64,000 nucleotides of DNA from Planctomycetota bacterium (GCA_965223545.1 OZ245006.1:6080001-6144000), one strand, 5' to 3'. Positions 1-10,967 are shown, counted from the stretch's first letter. The notes: generated by a model not told the origin, from the sequence alone. A program made the numbers and translations.

Positions 1-779
1 AGCTCGCAGAACAGCGCTGCCTCGTGCGGGCGCTCGGCCATCGCACGCAGTGCGGCCGCGGCGACCTCGCGCGCCCGCTCGGGGTCCTGCGCGAGATCGG
101 CGAAGGCGGCGTACTTGGTACCCCATGCGAGCCCCGCGTCGCCCTGCAACGCCAGGAGCTCGTCCGCCAAGCCGGCGAGCGCCGGCGCGTCGCCCAGGCG
201 ATGCGCGCGGCTGATCGCCGGCCAGGCATCGCGGTAGCGCCGCGCGAATTCGATGTCGAAGCTGCCGTCCAGCAGGCGTTCCACGATCGGCTCGAGCAGC
301 TCCGGAGTCGGTGCGATCCAGGCGATGCGAGGCGGCGTCGAGGCGTTGTCGATCACGAAGCGGCACGGCAGACCGCGCTCGCGCGCCGCTTCCATGTAAG
401 CGCGCTGTGTCGCACCGTCCCGGTCGGCGCCGAGCGCGAAGCGAGGACCGTCCGCGGCGGCACCGCGCGGCGACACCATCCTCTCCTGCGGGCACTCGAT
501 TCCCACCACGCGCACACCGCGGTCGCGCAGCCGGCCCTCCAGCTCATTGAGCCGTGGTACGGCCGCGCGGCACGGGCGGCACGTGGCCGCGGTGAACTCG
601 AGGATCAGGACGCGCGCCGGCTCCGCCGTGCCAACCTGGACGGCCTCGCCTTGGATCCAGGCGGCGACGTCGAGCGGCGGGGCCGGCGAGCCGATGGTGA
701 GCGGCTGCGCACCGAGCGCCGTCGCGAAGATGCCCACGACGAAGGCGGCCAGGCCGGGATTGTTCAGCGCTCGGTCCAC
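1..779 (-). CDS. Secreted TlpA/redoxin-like thioredoxin-fold protein; 3' end runs off the window
   Basis: Not in the ORF track because there is no stop in the window. Manual translation from GTG at 779 gives VDRALNNPGLAAFVVGIFATALGAQPLTIGSPAPPLDVAAWIQGE...VLILEFTAATCRPCRAAVPRLNEL: a signal-like segment, a GSPAP motif and a CxxC. Confidence 0.75.
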   Translation of the reverse strand, partial: MDRALNNPGLAAFVVGIFATALGAQPLTIGSPAPPLDVAAWIQGEAVQVGTAEPARVLILEFTAATCRPCRAAVPRLNELEGRLRDRGVRVVGIECPQERMVSPRGAAADGPRFALGADRDGATQRAYMEAARERGLPCRFVIDNASTPPRIAWIAPTPELLEPIVERLLDGSFDIEFARRYRDAWPAISRAHRLGDAPALAGLADELLALQGDAGLAWGTKYAAFADLAQDPERAREVAAAALRAMAERPHEAALFCE

Positions 780-840
780 CGCCCTTGTCCTGCAGGTTCG
801 GTCCGCGCTCGGTGCGCGCGCGGATGGCAACGATGTCCGT

Positions 841-3800
841 CTAACGCACACGCAAGTGCCCTACGCGTTCGCGTTCCCGGTCGGTCAGCGGGCCGACGTC
901 GAGCGCCGCGACAGTCTTCTTCAGCGGCGCCGCGGTCAGCGACCACCAGCGCACTGTGCCGTCGCGGCCCGCGCTCACGAGCTGGCCACTCCGCGTGAAC
1001 GCCACGCTGTGGACGCCCGCGTGCTGGAGCTGGACGATCGTCGTTGCCGCATCGACGTCCCAGACCCGGATGTTCCCGTCCGCCGACAGCGTCGCGAGCA
1101 GGGTGCCGTCGAGGGAGAACGCGGCGCCGGTGACGCCGCTCTGGTGGCCGGCCAAGGCGACCGGCGTCTCGCGGTCCGCGCGCAGGTCCCATACGTACGC
1201 GGTCGCCTGCAACGTGCCGACCATCACGCGGCCGTGGTCGTTGGACAACGCCGTGCAGGTGGGCAAGAACTGCAAGGGAGCGCGCCAGGACTCGGCCCAC
1301 TGCGTGCCGTCGAACGACCACAGCCCCAGCTCGCGCTGGAAGGCGAGCGTCACCGCTCTGCCGTCCGCTGCGACGGCCGGGCGGCCTGCCCTCTCGTCGC
1401 AGAACAACGTGAACTCCCCATCACGCCAGAGCTCGACCTGGCCCAGGTTCGCCGTGAGCCAGCTGCCGTCCGCCAGCGGGTACATGGTTCTTCCGAGGGC
1501 GAACGGTAACACGTGCTCTCGGGTGGGGGGGGCTCCCGGCAGCTGCGAGGTGCTCGCCACGGCGACGCGCTTCTTGCTCTCGAAGGCGTAGGCGAACTCA
1601 TCCTCGCTCAGGAAGCGCGCCAGCGGCCTTCCGCGCTCCGAGGCGAGTCCACCGAACTGCCACTGACCGAGGTCGGCGCGCCGCTCTTCCAGTAGCCGGC
1701 CGGCGGCATCGCAGACGAAGACCTTGCGCTGGATGTCGGAGACGACCACCACGCGCTCGCCCAACGGTGAGAGCGCGACCGCGGGATCGCCGAGCCCGAC
1801 GAGGGCGGGGACGCCAGGAAGGGCACGGAGATCCGAGAGCTTGACGACGCCGCGGGTGGAGTAGCACAGGCCACCCTCCGGCGACCAGACCGGGAACTCG
1901 GCGTCGGGCAAGACATCGAGCTCGCGGCCTTCGAGGTCCCACACGTGGGCGACTCTGCCGCGCATTCCACCGACGATCCGCCGGCCGTCGGGAGAGAAGT
2001 GCGAGAAGCCGAACTGCTCGAGGCCGGCCTCCCAGGTGGCCAGCAGCTCGAGCGAGTTGCCGTCGTACATCGCGTGACGGCCTCCCGCGCACTGTACGAG
2101 CAGCAGGGCTCCCGATGGGGCGAACTCCCCGTTCCTCACGCAGTCTCGCTCACTGCGCCAGGGCAAGGTCTGCTGGCCGATCGGCTTGCCATCCAAGTCG
2201 AACATGCGGACCGTCCCGACGCCGTGCATCACCACGAGGCGGTTGTGCGAAGCGATGACGAAGCGTGCGTAGCCGCCCGGGCTCGCGATGCGTCGCTTGC
2301 CGTCCGCGCTCCAGACAGAGCCAGCTGCCGCGAACCGACCGTCCGGCAGAAACTCGGCGTCGAACCACGGCCCCCTCTGTGGCAGCGTCTCGAGGATGCG
2401 GCCGCCGCCGTCGCGCGTCCACAGGCTCACCTTGCGCCGAGATACCACCAGGAAGCGGGGGTCGGCCGGATCCTTCGGGAAACGGATGCTGAAGATCCCC
2501 TGACCATCGGCGGCGGAGAGCTTGGGCAGTACCCGCGGCTGGTCGCCGCTGAGGTCGTACCGGTGCACCCACACGCCCCCCTCGACGGGATTCTCGAACA
2601 ACGGGTCGGGGAACCAGACCCCCTGATCGGCCAGCGCGAGCTCGGAGCTGTCGGCCGAGAACGCGACGACTCGGCGCCGCAGCGCCGCCCAGCCGCGCCA
2701 GCCGGTGTCTTCGAGCGGCAGCGCGGTGAGGCGATCGCCGTCCCGGCGGAACAAGCGCGGCGGCTCGAACACTGCCGCGACCAGCAGGAAGCGACCGTCC
2801 GGCGAGAACTCGACCCGCGTCGTCCGCGGCTCCCTGGCGAGGACGTCGCACTGCCGCAGCCCGAACATGACCTCCTGGACACCGGCGACGATCGCGGGGT
2901 CGTCGTCGAGCTGCAATGCCTCGCGCGCGTACTTGAAAGCGAGTACCGGGTCCTGCTCCGCGACCTGCCGCGCGGCTCCCATCCAGGCCAGCGCGCGGAA
3001 CTCGGTGGCGTTGCGTGCCGCGAGCGCCTCGGAGGTCATGCTCTGGCGCAGGAAGACCAGTGACGCGAGCAAACCGATCAGGGTTGCCGTGAGGATCCCG
3101 GCCGCGGCGCGGTTGCGCTGGCACCAGCGGAGGGAGCGCAGCGCGAGGGTCGGCCGGCGGCTGTGGATCGGCTCGTGGGCGAGGATGCGGCGCAGCTCGT
3201 CGGCGAACTCCTCGGCCGTGGCGAAGCGGTCGCCGGGCCGCTTCTGCAGTGCTTTTTCCAGCAGCACGCAGAGCTCGCCGCTGATCCCGCGGTCGAGGGA
3301 GCGGGGGTCGGTGGGCGGCTCGGCCAGGATCTTGCGGTACAGGTCCTCGCGTGCCGACGAGTCGAACGGACTGTGCAGCGTCAAGCACTCGTAGAGCAAC
3401 ACGCCGAGCGCGTAGACGTCGGCCCGGCGGTCGACCGCGCCGCCCACGACTTGCTCTGGCGCCATGTAGGCAGGTGTGCCGAGCCGCTCGCCGGGGCGCG
3501 TGAGTGACGACACGTCCGCGCCGGCGTCGCGGGCGAGCCCGAAGTCGACCAACACCGGCTCACCGTCGCCGTCGATCAGCACATTGCCGGGCTTGACGTC
3601 GCGCTGGATCAGCCCCGCCAGGTGCGCGGCGTGCAGCGCCCGGGCGAGCTTCTCGACCAAAGCGACCTGGTCGAGCAGGCGGGCCTGGCTGCTGGCGCTC
3701 GCGGTGCTGGACGCGCGCTGCTGCCGGCACTGGTCGATCACGTCGGCCAGGGTCGGTCCGTCGACGAAGCGCATCGCCAGGTAGGGCACGCCGTCGATCT

Positions 3801-4212
3801 CGTCGGCCTCGTAGATGGAGCAGATGTTGGGGTGGTGGAGGCGGCTCGCGGAGAGCACCTCGCGGCCGAACCGCTGTCGCGAGCCAGCGAAGTACAGCTG
3901 CTCGCGGCGGATCACCTTGAGTGCGACCCGGCGGTCGAGCTTCTCGTCGTGCGCTTCGTAGACCACACCCATGCCGCCGCCACCGACCTGGCGCAGCAGG
4001 CGGAAGTGACCGAGGCGTTCGGGGCCGCTGCGGTCCTCGACCGCGGCCGGCGGGTCGACGATGCCGAGCTCGATCAGCTGGGTGAAGCGCCGGCGGATCT
4101 CGGTGGCCTCGCCGGGGTGCGCGTCGCAGAGCTGATCCACCGAGGCGGTCCACGCATCGGGCGGGCGGTCGAGGCAGCCGGCCAGCAGGTTGTCGACGAA
4201 GTCACGCTGCAC
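841..4212 (-). CDS. Hanks-type Ser/Thr kinase with C-terminal WD40 repeats
   Basis: GGGGMGVVY, VALK, QRDVKPGN, DFG and GTPAYMAPE motifs, a hydrophobic segment, then WD repeats (GHQSGVTGAAFS...IRVWD). Start moved from 4401 to the in-frame GTG at 4212 (approximate). Confidence 0.9.
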   Translation of the reverse strand: MQRDFVDNLLAGCLDRPPDAWTASVDQLCDAHPGEATEIRRRFTQLIELGIVDPPAAVEDRSGPERLGHFRLLRQVGGGGMGVVYEAHDEKLDRRVALKVIRREQLYFAGSRQRFGREVLSASRLHHPNICSIYEADEIDGVPYLAMRFVDGPTLADVIDQCRQQRASSTASASSQARLLDQVALVEKLARALHAAHLAGLIQRDVKPGNVLIDGDGEPVLVDFGLARDAGADVSSLTRPGERLGTPAYMAPEQVVGGAVDRRADVYALGVLLYECLTLHSPFDSSAREDLYRKILAEPPTDPRSLDRGISGELCVLLEKALQKRPGDRFATAEEFADELRRILAHEPIHSRRPTLALRSLRWCQRNRAAAGILTATLIGLLASLVFLRQSMTSEALAARNATEFRALAWMGAARQVAEQDPVLAFKYAREALQLDDDPAIVAGVQEVMFGLRQCDVLAREPRTTRVEFSPDGRFLLVAAVFEPPRLFRRDGDRLTALPLEDTGWRGWAALRRRVVAFSADSSELALADQGVWFPDPLFENPVEGGVWVHRYDLSGDQPRVLPKLSAADGQGIFSIRFPKDPADPRFLVVSRRKVSLWTRDGGGRILETLPQRGPWFDAEFLPDGRFAAAGSVWSADGKRRIASPGGYARFVIASHNRLVVMHGVGTVRMFDLDGKPIGQQTLPWRSERDCVRNGEFAPSGALLLVQCAGGRHAMYDGNSLELLATWEAGLEQFGFSHFSPDGRRIVGGMRGRVAHVWDLEGRELDVLPDAEFPVWSPEGGLCYSTRGVVKLSDLRALPGVPALVGLGDPAVALSPLGERVVVVSDIQRKVFVCDAAGRLLEERRADLGQWQFGGLASERGRPLARFLSEDEFAYAFESKKRVAVASTSQLPGAPPTREHVLPFALGRTMYPLADGSWLTANLGQVELWRDGEFTLFCDERAGRPAVAADGRAVTLAFQRELGLWSFDGTQWAESWRAPLQFLPTCTALSNDHGRVMVGTLQATAYVWDLRADRETPVALAGHQSGVTGAAFSLDGTLLATLSADGNIRVWDVDAATTIVQLQHAGVHSVAFTRSGQLVSAGRDGTVRWWSLTAAPLKKTVAALDVGPLTDRERERVGHLRVR

Positions 4213-4425
4213 GACGGCGAGAAGAGTGGGAAGACGGGCACTGCACGGTAGCGCAGGGGCGGATCGCCTGCATGAGTCCGGGCCGCCTGCAGATGGAGTC
4301 GGAGCAGGCCGGCGACCTCGCGAGATTTCTCGGTCATTTCGCAGGTTGTCCGTGGCAGCGGTGCAACTCCGCACCGGAAGCCATGGCGCAGCGCGCCACA
4401 ATCCGGTGCTCTACACTGCGACGCC

Positions 4426-5073
4426 GTGGAGGACATCGCTGGACCCGGACGCGCGCCGCGTCGGCGGGACGACCGCACCGAGCTCATGCTCGACGCCGCC
4501 GCGCGCCGCGAGCCGGGCGCCCTCGACCAGCTGATCGAGGAACACCTGGGCGACATCCGCGCTTTCGTCCGGCTGCAGGTCGACCCCGCGCTGCGCGCTC
4601 GCGAGTCGCAGTCCGACATCGTCCAGTCGGTCTGCCGCGAGGTGCTCGAGCACCTGCCGCAGTTCGAGTTCCGTGGCACCGGCAGCTTCCGCGCCTGGCT
4701 GTTCACCGCCGCGCTGAACAAGGTGCGGCAGAAGGGTGAGTTCCACCGCGCACAGAAGCGCGACGTCGCGCGCGAAGTGCGCGCTGACTCCGCGGTCCAG
4801 GGCGACGCGGTGGGCCCCGGGCTCTACGCGAGCCTTTGTCACGTCGGCCCCAGCCCCAGTGAGCACGCGATCGCGCACGAGCAGGCGGCGCGCATCGAGC
4901 AGGCGATCGATGCGCTCCCCGCCGACTACCGGCAGGCGCTGCTGCTCGCGCGGCTGGTGGGCCTCACACACAAGGAGATCGCCGAGCGCATGGACCGCAC
5001 CGAGGCCTCGGTGCGGAGCCTGATCAGCCGCGCCAGCCTCGGGCTGCTGGCGCGACTCGAAGAACGCGACTGA
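4426..5073 (+). CDS. ECF sigma-70 factor, planctomycete type
   Basis: Region 2 ESQSDIVQSV...FRAWLFTAALNK; region 4 LPADYRQALLL...HKEIAERMDRTEASVRSLISRA. Confidence 0.88.
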   Translation: MEDIAGPGRAPRRRDDRTELMLDAAARREPGALDQLIEEHLGDIRAFVRLQVDPALRARESQSDIVQSVCREVLEHLPQFEFRGTGSFRAWLFTAALNKVRQKGEFHRAQKRDVAREVRADSAVQGDAVGPGLYASLCHVGPSPSEHAIAHEQAARIEQAIDALPADYRQALLLARLVGLTHKEIAERMDRTEASVRSLISRASLGLLARLEERD

Positions 5074-5085
5074 CCGGAGTCGCCG

Positions 5086-7619
5086 TCAGAACACCAGCGC
5101 GTCGCTCGCCGCGAGCAGGCCGGTGCCACACGCTGGCGTGGCGAGCCATACGAACTGGCTACCGAGTCCGCCCGTGAGCGGTACGGCCGGCGGCACCGCC
5201 AGCCGGATCCGCGGCGCCGCGACCGCCAGCTGCACCGCCGACGCGAGCCACAGGTCGATGCCCAGCACGTTGGCGGGCGAGGCGAGCGGTAGGCCGATCA
5301 GCAAGACACCCGGCGTCCCCGGCCACTCGTTGCAGAGCAACTCGAACGCGCCGCCGGAGACGGGCATCGCGCTGATCTGCAGGTCCAGGTCGTCGCAGGC
5401 ACCCGAGCCAGCGCCGAGGCGGGTGACGTTGGTCGGGATCAGGTCCACGACGCTGATGAACGCGTCCGCCGCGCCACCGCCCAGGAACGGCTGGAACGTG
5501 CTCGGCGAGATGGGATGGGCGAGCGAGCCGGTGGCGCCGACCAGCACGGCCCGGCCGTCCGGCCGCACGGCGAGGTCGGTGATGAACGTCGGGCCATCGT
5601 CCAGGTAGCTGGCGTAATGCAGGTCGGCCGTCCCACCTCCCGCGGGGTCGAGACGCGCCACGGCGCCCGCGGGGTCGCCGCCACCCGGATGGACCGGGAT
5701 GGAGGCGCCCGCGGTGGTGGGCAGCCCCGGCTTCGCGATCAGGCTCACCAGGAGCACACCCGAACTCTCCGCCGTGATCGCCATGGACCCGTCGTCATCG
5801 GGCCCACCGAGGAATGTCGAGTAGCGCAGCGAGGCCGCGCCTGCGGCGGTCGGATCCAGCACCGAGACCACGCAGTCCATGCCGCCGCCGCCGTAGGTCG
5901 ACTGGAACGCGCCCGGCGTCGACGGGTACGTCCCGTCGCGGGTGAAGCCCGACACCGCGAGGTCGCCGTCGGGGGTGACCGCGACCTCCTCGACCGCGTC
6001 CTCGGTCTGGCCACCGAGGTAGGTCGAGTACTGCTGGTTGCTCAGCGTCGCGTCGAGCACGCTGACGAACATGTCCTTGCGGCCCGCGACGCTCGTGCTG
6101 AACGCCGTCCCGGTCACCGGGAAGTCGCGAGAGCGCGTGACGCCCGCGACCGCGATCTCGCCGCCCGGCATGACCGCGACGTCGATGAGGTTGGCGTTGA
6201 ACATGGCGATTGCGGCGAGCCAACCCTCGACGGACTGTCCACCGAGGAAGGTCGAGCGCAGCAGCTGGTTGGCCGCCGGGAAGCGCGGGTCGAAACGCAA
6301 CACGAAGGCGTCCAGCTGCCCGCCGCCGAAGGCCGGCTGGAAGGCGCCGGTCGTCGTCGGAAACCCCGGAGACGCCGTGTAGCCCGCGATCGCGAAGCCA
6401 CCCGCGGGGTGCGTCTCGATGGCCGCGGCCCGATCGTGGGCCGTGCTGCCGAGGTAGGTCGCGTAGGTGAGCCCGCCGGTTGCGTCGAGCTGCGTCACGG
6501 TTGCGTCGACCAGGCCGGCGTTGGCCGGCTGGTATGCACTCGCGGTCGTGGGGAAGTCGGTCGAAACGGAGGCGCCGACCACCGTCGTCGACCCGTTGGC
6601 GGTGACTTGCATGTCGAACGCGACGTCGTCGGCGCTGCCGCCCACCACGGTCGACCAACGGAGCTGTTCGCCGGCGCGATCGTCGGGTCGGGGTTCACGC
6701 AGGTGACGAAGAGGTTGTAGCCAAGGGGCAACGGACCCACCGTCCCGGGGAAGTCGATGCTGCTCGTCCACCCGGTAATGTAGGCCAGGTCGTTGTCGTC
6801 CAGGACGACCGCGAACGCGGTATCGTTGCCGGTGCCGCCGAGGTACGACCCGTACTCGATGACCGGGTCCACGACCAACGGCAAGCCGCGGTCGACCCGG
6901 TCGACTTCGACCGCGAAGCGTTGCGCGTCGACGACGGCGAAGCGCGAGGCCACCGGGCGCGGGCCACCATCGGTGACCTCCCAGCTCCGGGGTGCGGTGA
7001 GCGACACCTGTCCGAGTTCGGTGTCGATCAGCAGCCGGCCGTCTGGGGCGACTCGCAGCGCGTTTGCCCCGTCGATCCGTGTCACCACCGACGCCGCCGA
7101 CGCTCCGGGCGCCACGTGGAGGTCGTAGGCCAGTCGGCCGTCGCGGTGCTGCCACACGGCGTCGACACCGGGCGCGACGCCGGGCTGCACGGTCCGGGCG
7201 TAGGAGGGCACGCCCGATGTCCACGCGCTCGGGTCGGACCCGAGGTAGAAATTGAAGAACCCGGCTTGGCGATCCTCGCCTCGCGCCGGAGCGGAGCCCG
7301 CGGCGTTCTCGAAGGTCCAGCGCAGCGCCAGCGCCTCGCGCTCGGCAGAGGGGATGGGGTAGCCGTCACCTCCGTTGCCGGGTTCCGTGGTCGTTGCGCG
7401 GACGAGCACGAGGGTCAGCCCGTCGTCGTGCAGCCAGGCCGTGGTGGTCGGTCCTCGGGCGCGGAAGCGGACCGAGGCCGGCCACTGGCCGTGGTTCGCC
7501 ACGAAGCTCGGGGCGGTGCCACGGTCGACTTGGCGCTGCGACCACGCTGGCGCGGCCAGCGCGACCAACGCGGCCGGGACCAGAGCAAACGAGTGGAACG
7601 GGAGGGTATGGGGCTTCAT
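5086..7619 (-). pseudogene. Secreted SBBP beta-propeller repeat protein, split by a 1-nt frameshift near 6666 (true lesion or sequencing error)
   Basis: N-terminal half (signal peptide, FVANHGQW, LVVDPVIEYGSYLGG) is in ORF 6495..7619; repeated STFLGG/ATYLGS units continue in the frame of ORF 5086..7224. Confidence 0.8.
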
Positions 7620-7713
7620 CCTGGGCCTCTGGGAAAACGGTGACCCCTACAAAGTCGGAGCGCCACCCGGGGCTCGCGGGATTTCCAGCTGGCCGTTGTC
7701 GTTCTCGAAACCG

Positions 7714-9588
7714 TCAAGGTCCCACTCGAGCAGCGGTGGGCGGCGCCGTGACGATCAGCGGCGACGGTGCGTCGGTTGCCTGCGCCGGTGCGCGGCGCCA
7801 CGCACGGGCGGGTTCGAGCAGCCGGAATGCGAGCCATCCCGGCAAGCCGAGCAGTAGCGTGCCGCCGACCCAGGCGCGCCGGCGCGCGGCGGGCATGGCG
7901 AGTGCTCGCGCCCGGCGGTGCGTTCCGATCGCCAGCCACACGCCGATCGCCAGCGGCAGCAGCGCCAGCCACGGGTAGAAGCCGCCGGTGAGCACGACGT
8001 CGAACAAGCCGCCGTAGCGTGACCCGCGGACCCTGGGTGGGAGCGCGCAGCTCAGCGCCCCGAGCAGCGGCGGCCGCAGCGCGGTCGCGGCGAACAGCGG
8101 TGTCGCGCGCAGCCAGTCGCCCGCGCTGCGCAGGCGGTGCTCGTGGCGCAGACTGCTGCCGTCGGGGGCTTCGGCGATCACGGTCGCGCCGAGCGGCGCG
8201 CGGTCCAAGACCCGGACCTTCATTGCGGGCCGGACGTCTGCCTGCGCGGTCGCCACATCGTTTGTCTCTGCCGGTGTGGCCGTGACGCCGCCCTCGATCT
8301 GATGCACGGTGTAGATCCCGCGTTCGCCGCGCACTCGCACGTCCTGAAACCACGCCGTCCCGTTGCGCTCGGTCTCGGGTCCCAAGTAGCGATCGTCCAG
8401 CTCCACCGGCACCAGCTGCGGCGCCGCGTACGGGTGCGGGATGTTGAGCAGCGCCCACAGCCGTCCGTTGCCGCGGTCGCCGATCACGGTCACCGCGTAC
8501 CACGACACCAACCCGTCGAGTGGGCCGACCCAACCGCCGTCCGGTGCGATCGCGGTGATGGCGCCGCGCGAGCGGTCGCGGACGAACACCGACGCTCCGT
8601 CCTCGCCGATCCATCCGTCGAACAGCGAGACGCGTGGCTCGGGTCGGTCGCAGCGGTCGTCGATCGGGTCGCGCGCGTAGGCCATGCCCCAGAACTCGGT
8701 GGGCCACGGCGCGTCCTGCACGGACAGCACGCCGCCGTCTTCGACCTGGCGCCACACCTCGCGCTGCGGTCCGCTGTCGATGCGCGCGGTCGTCACCCGG
8801 CCGTCTTCGGTCAGCACGACGCGCTGCAGGCCGCGCATGGTCCACTGCATCGCGTCTTCCTGCACCTGGTTGACGGCGAAGCTGACCACGCCGACGGCGG
8901 CCGCGGCGAGTGGCAGTCCGGCGAGCGCCAGCGGGCCCGCGGGGAGCGGCCGATCGCGGTCGCCCGCGTGCCGTTGGAGGCGCTGCGCGCCGAGGGTCAT
9001 CCACACCGCGCAGACCAGCATCCCCACGGTGTAGGTGGCGATCCCGGCGCTCTCGAGCGTGATGGTCGCGGTCGCCATCACCAGCGGCGCGAGCACGCCC
9101 AGCGCGAGCAGGCGGAGCAGCCAGTGGGTGGGGAGCGAGCCCGCGAGGTGGCCGGCGGCCGCGGTGGCGAGCGCGACGCTGCCGAGCAGGCCATAGTCGG
9201 CGACGCGCGGCCAGACCACGGCTGCGCTGCCGTCGATCGTCGCCGTGGCCGCGATCCCGGCGATCAACGGCGGCAGCCAGGCCCACGTGGCGACGGTTGC
9301 CGCGATCGCCACCGCGCGGGTCCAAAACAGGCGCGCGGCGGAGATCGGGCGGTGCTGCAGGTAGTCCTCGGTGCCGTAGAGCGATTCGCGCACGGCGGCG
9401 AAGAAGCCGAGCAGCGGGGCGACCAGCCACCACACCCACAGCAGCTCTTGGTAGGCCGAGTGCGCGAGGTTGAGCCAAGCGCGTTGGAAGCTCTGGCCGA
9501 GCAGCACGGTGGTCTGCACGATCAGGCCGGTGGCGGCGAACAGCAGGAGCCAATCGGCGTCCTTGCGCAGGAGTCCACGGGTCAGCAT
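7714..9588 (-). CDS. ABC transporter permease-like multi-pass membrane protein
   Basis: ATG at 9588 overlaps the ATPase stop (ATGA). Many TM segments and a TEDYLQHRPIS motif of ABC-2-like permeases. Confidence 0.7.
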   Translation of the reverse strand: MLTRGLLRKDADWLLLFAATGLIVQTTVLLGQSFQRAWLNLAHSAYQELLWVWWLVAPLLGFFAAVRESLYGTEDYLQHRPISAARLFWTRAVAIAATVATWAWLPPLIAGIAATATIDGSAAVVWPRVADYGLLGSVALATAAAGHLAGSLPTHWLLRLLALGVLAPLVMATATITLESAGIATYTVGMLVCAVWMTLGAQRLQRHAGDRDRPLPAGPLALAGLPLAAAAVGVVSFAVNQVQEDAMQWTMRGLQRVVLTEDGRVTTARIDSGPQREVWRQVEDGGVLSVQDAPWPTEFWGMAYARDPIDDRCDRPEPRVSLFDGWIGEDGASVFVRDRSRGAITAIAPDGGWVGPLDGLVSWYAVTVIGDRGNGRLWALLNIPHPYAAPQLVPVELDDRYLGPETERNGTAWFQDVRVRGERGIYTVHQIEGGVTATPAETNDVATAQADVRPAMKVRVLDRAPLGATVIAEAPDGSSLRHEHRLRSAGDWLRATPLFAATALRPPLLGALSCALPPRVRGSRYGGLFDVVLTGGFYPWLALLPLAIGVWLAIGTHRRARALAMPAARRRAWVGGTLLLGLPGWLAFRLLEPARAWRRAPAQATDAPSPLIVTAPPTAARVGP

Positions 9589-10505
9589 CACGAGTGCTCC
9601 GTCGGCGTGGGAAAGGGCGTGCGGTCCGGCGCGGTGGTCAGGTCGCAGAACAGCTCCTCTAGAGTCGGCGTCGTCCATTCGTCGTCGAGCCGAGCACCGC
9701 CGGCGTTGAGGCGGGCGATCCGCGTCTCGTCCAGGTCTAGCAGCGTCAGCTCGTAGCGGTGCCGCGCGCGGCGGGCGCACAGCACGCCGTTCGCCGGCGG
9801 TGCCTCGCCGTTGCGCGGCGTCCACAGCCGCCGTTGCACGCGCGCCTTCAGTTCGTCCATGGTGGCGTCCACGATCAGCCGCCCGCCGTGCAGGATGCCG
9901 ATGCGGTCCGCGACCCGTTCGACGTCGTGCAGGAAGTGCGAGGAGTACAGGACCGTGCTGCCGCTCTGCGCCAGCAGGTCGATCATCACGTCGAGCACCT
10001 CGCGCCGGGCCACCGCGTCGAGGCCGAGGGCCGGGTCGTCGCAGATCAGCACGCGCGGCCGGCCGGCGAGCGCGACCAGAAGTGCGAGCTGAGCGCGCTG
10101 GCCTCGCGACAGCAGCGCCGTGGGCCGTCGGTCGGGCAGCTCGCAGCGGCGCAGCGCCCGGGCCGCGTAGTCGGCGTCGAAACCGGGTCGGGTCTCGCGC
10201 TCGAACGCCAGCACGTCGCGCACGCGCATCGATGGGTAGAGCCGGTGGTTCTCGCCGACGAAGCCGATGGCGGCGCGGTCGGTGGGGCCGAGCGCGGTAC
10301 TGTCCTTGCCGAGCACCGCGGTCTCGCCCGCGTGGGGGCGCAGGAAGCCCAGCAGGATGCGCAGCGCGGTCGACTTGCCGGAGCCGTTGCGGCCGAGCAG
10401 CGCGTAGATCTGGCCCGGCTCGACCGCGAACGAGAGATCCCGCAGGACCGCGTGCGTGCCGAAGTGGCGGTGCACCGCCGAGAATTTGATCGCCGGATCG
10501 GTCAT
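9588..10505 (-). CDS. ABC transporter ATP-binding protein
   Basis: Walker A GRNGSGKST, signature LSRGQ, Walker B LICDDP, H-loop SSH. Confidence 0.93.
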   Translation of the reverse strand: MTDPAIKFSAVHRHFGTHAVLRDLSFAVEPGQIYALLGRNGSGKSTALRILLGFLRPHAGETAVLGKDSTALGPTDRAAIGFVGENHRLYPSMRVRDVLAFERETRPGFDADYAARALRRCELPDRRPTALLSRGQRAQLALLVALAGRPRVLICDDPALGLDAVARREVLDVMIDLLAQSGSTVLYSSHFLHDVERVADRIGILHGGRLIVDATMDELKARVQRRLWTPRNGEAPPANGVLCARRARHRYELTLLDLDETRIARLNAGGARLDDEWTTPTLEELFCDLTTAPDRTPFPTPTEHS

Positions 10506-10897
10506 GGTGTCGCTCTCTCCTGTCGCTCGTCCAGCTGGTCGAAGGCCGCGTCGACGGCGCGCTGCACGCGGGCGCGACTGAAGCCGAGGTGCTTGGCCTC
10601 GACCACGGCGCGCCGCACCATCGCGTCGAGCCGGCGCTGCCGCTCGCCGTCCTCGAGGGCGCTGGAATGTCCGGTGACGAAGCAGCCGGCACCCTGGCGG
10701 CGCACGATGACGCCGTCGTTCTCCAGCTGGTCGTACGAGCGGATGATGGTGTTGGGGTTGACGGCGAGCTGCCGGGCCAGATCGCGCACCGAGGGCAGCC
10801 TGTCACCGGCGCGCAACTCGCCGCGCACCACGTCGCGTTTAATCTGGAACGCGACCTGCAGGAAGATCGGCTCGCTGGATCCCGGGTCGATGTGCAC
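10502..10897 (-). CDS. GntR family regulator, YtrA subfamily
   Basis: GDRLPSVRDLARQLAVNPNTIIRSYDQLE wHTH with a short C-terminus; first gene of an ABC operon. Confidence 0.92.
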   Translation of the reverse strand: MHIDPGSSEPIFLQVAFQIKRDVVRGELRAGDRLPSVRDLARQLAVNPNTIIRSYDQLENDGVIVRRQGAGCFVTGHSSALEDGERQRRLDAMVRRAVVEAKHLGFSRARVQRAVDAAFDQLDERQERATP

Positions 10898-10923
10898 GGC
10901 GCGTCAACTCGATGAGAACTGTC

Positions 10924-10967
10924 CCAACTGTTCTAGTGAATGTAGAACAGTTGGCGCAGCCCGTCAA
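10924..10967 (-). promoter_or_regulatory. Sigma70 promoter overlapped by a palindromic GntR/YtrA-type operator
   Basis: Minus strand TTGACG (10962-10967), N17, TACATT (10939-10944). Perfect 12-bp inverted repeat CCAACTGTTCTA-N7-TAGAACAGTTGG at 10924-10954. Confidence 0.8.

Noticed and set aside
3590..3615. QRD instead of HRD in the WD40 kinase as a sign of inactivity
   Set aside because: The catalytic Asp, Lys, Asn and DFG are all retained.
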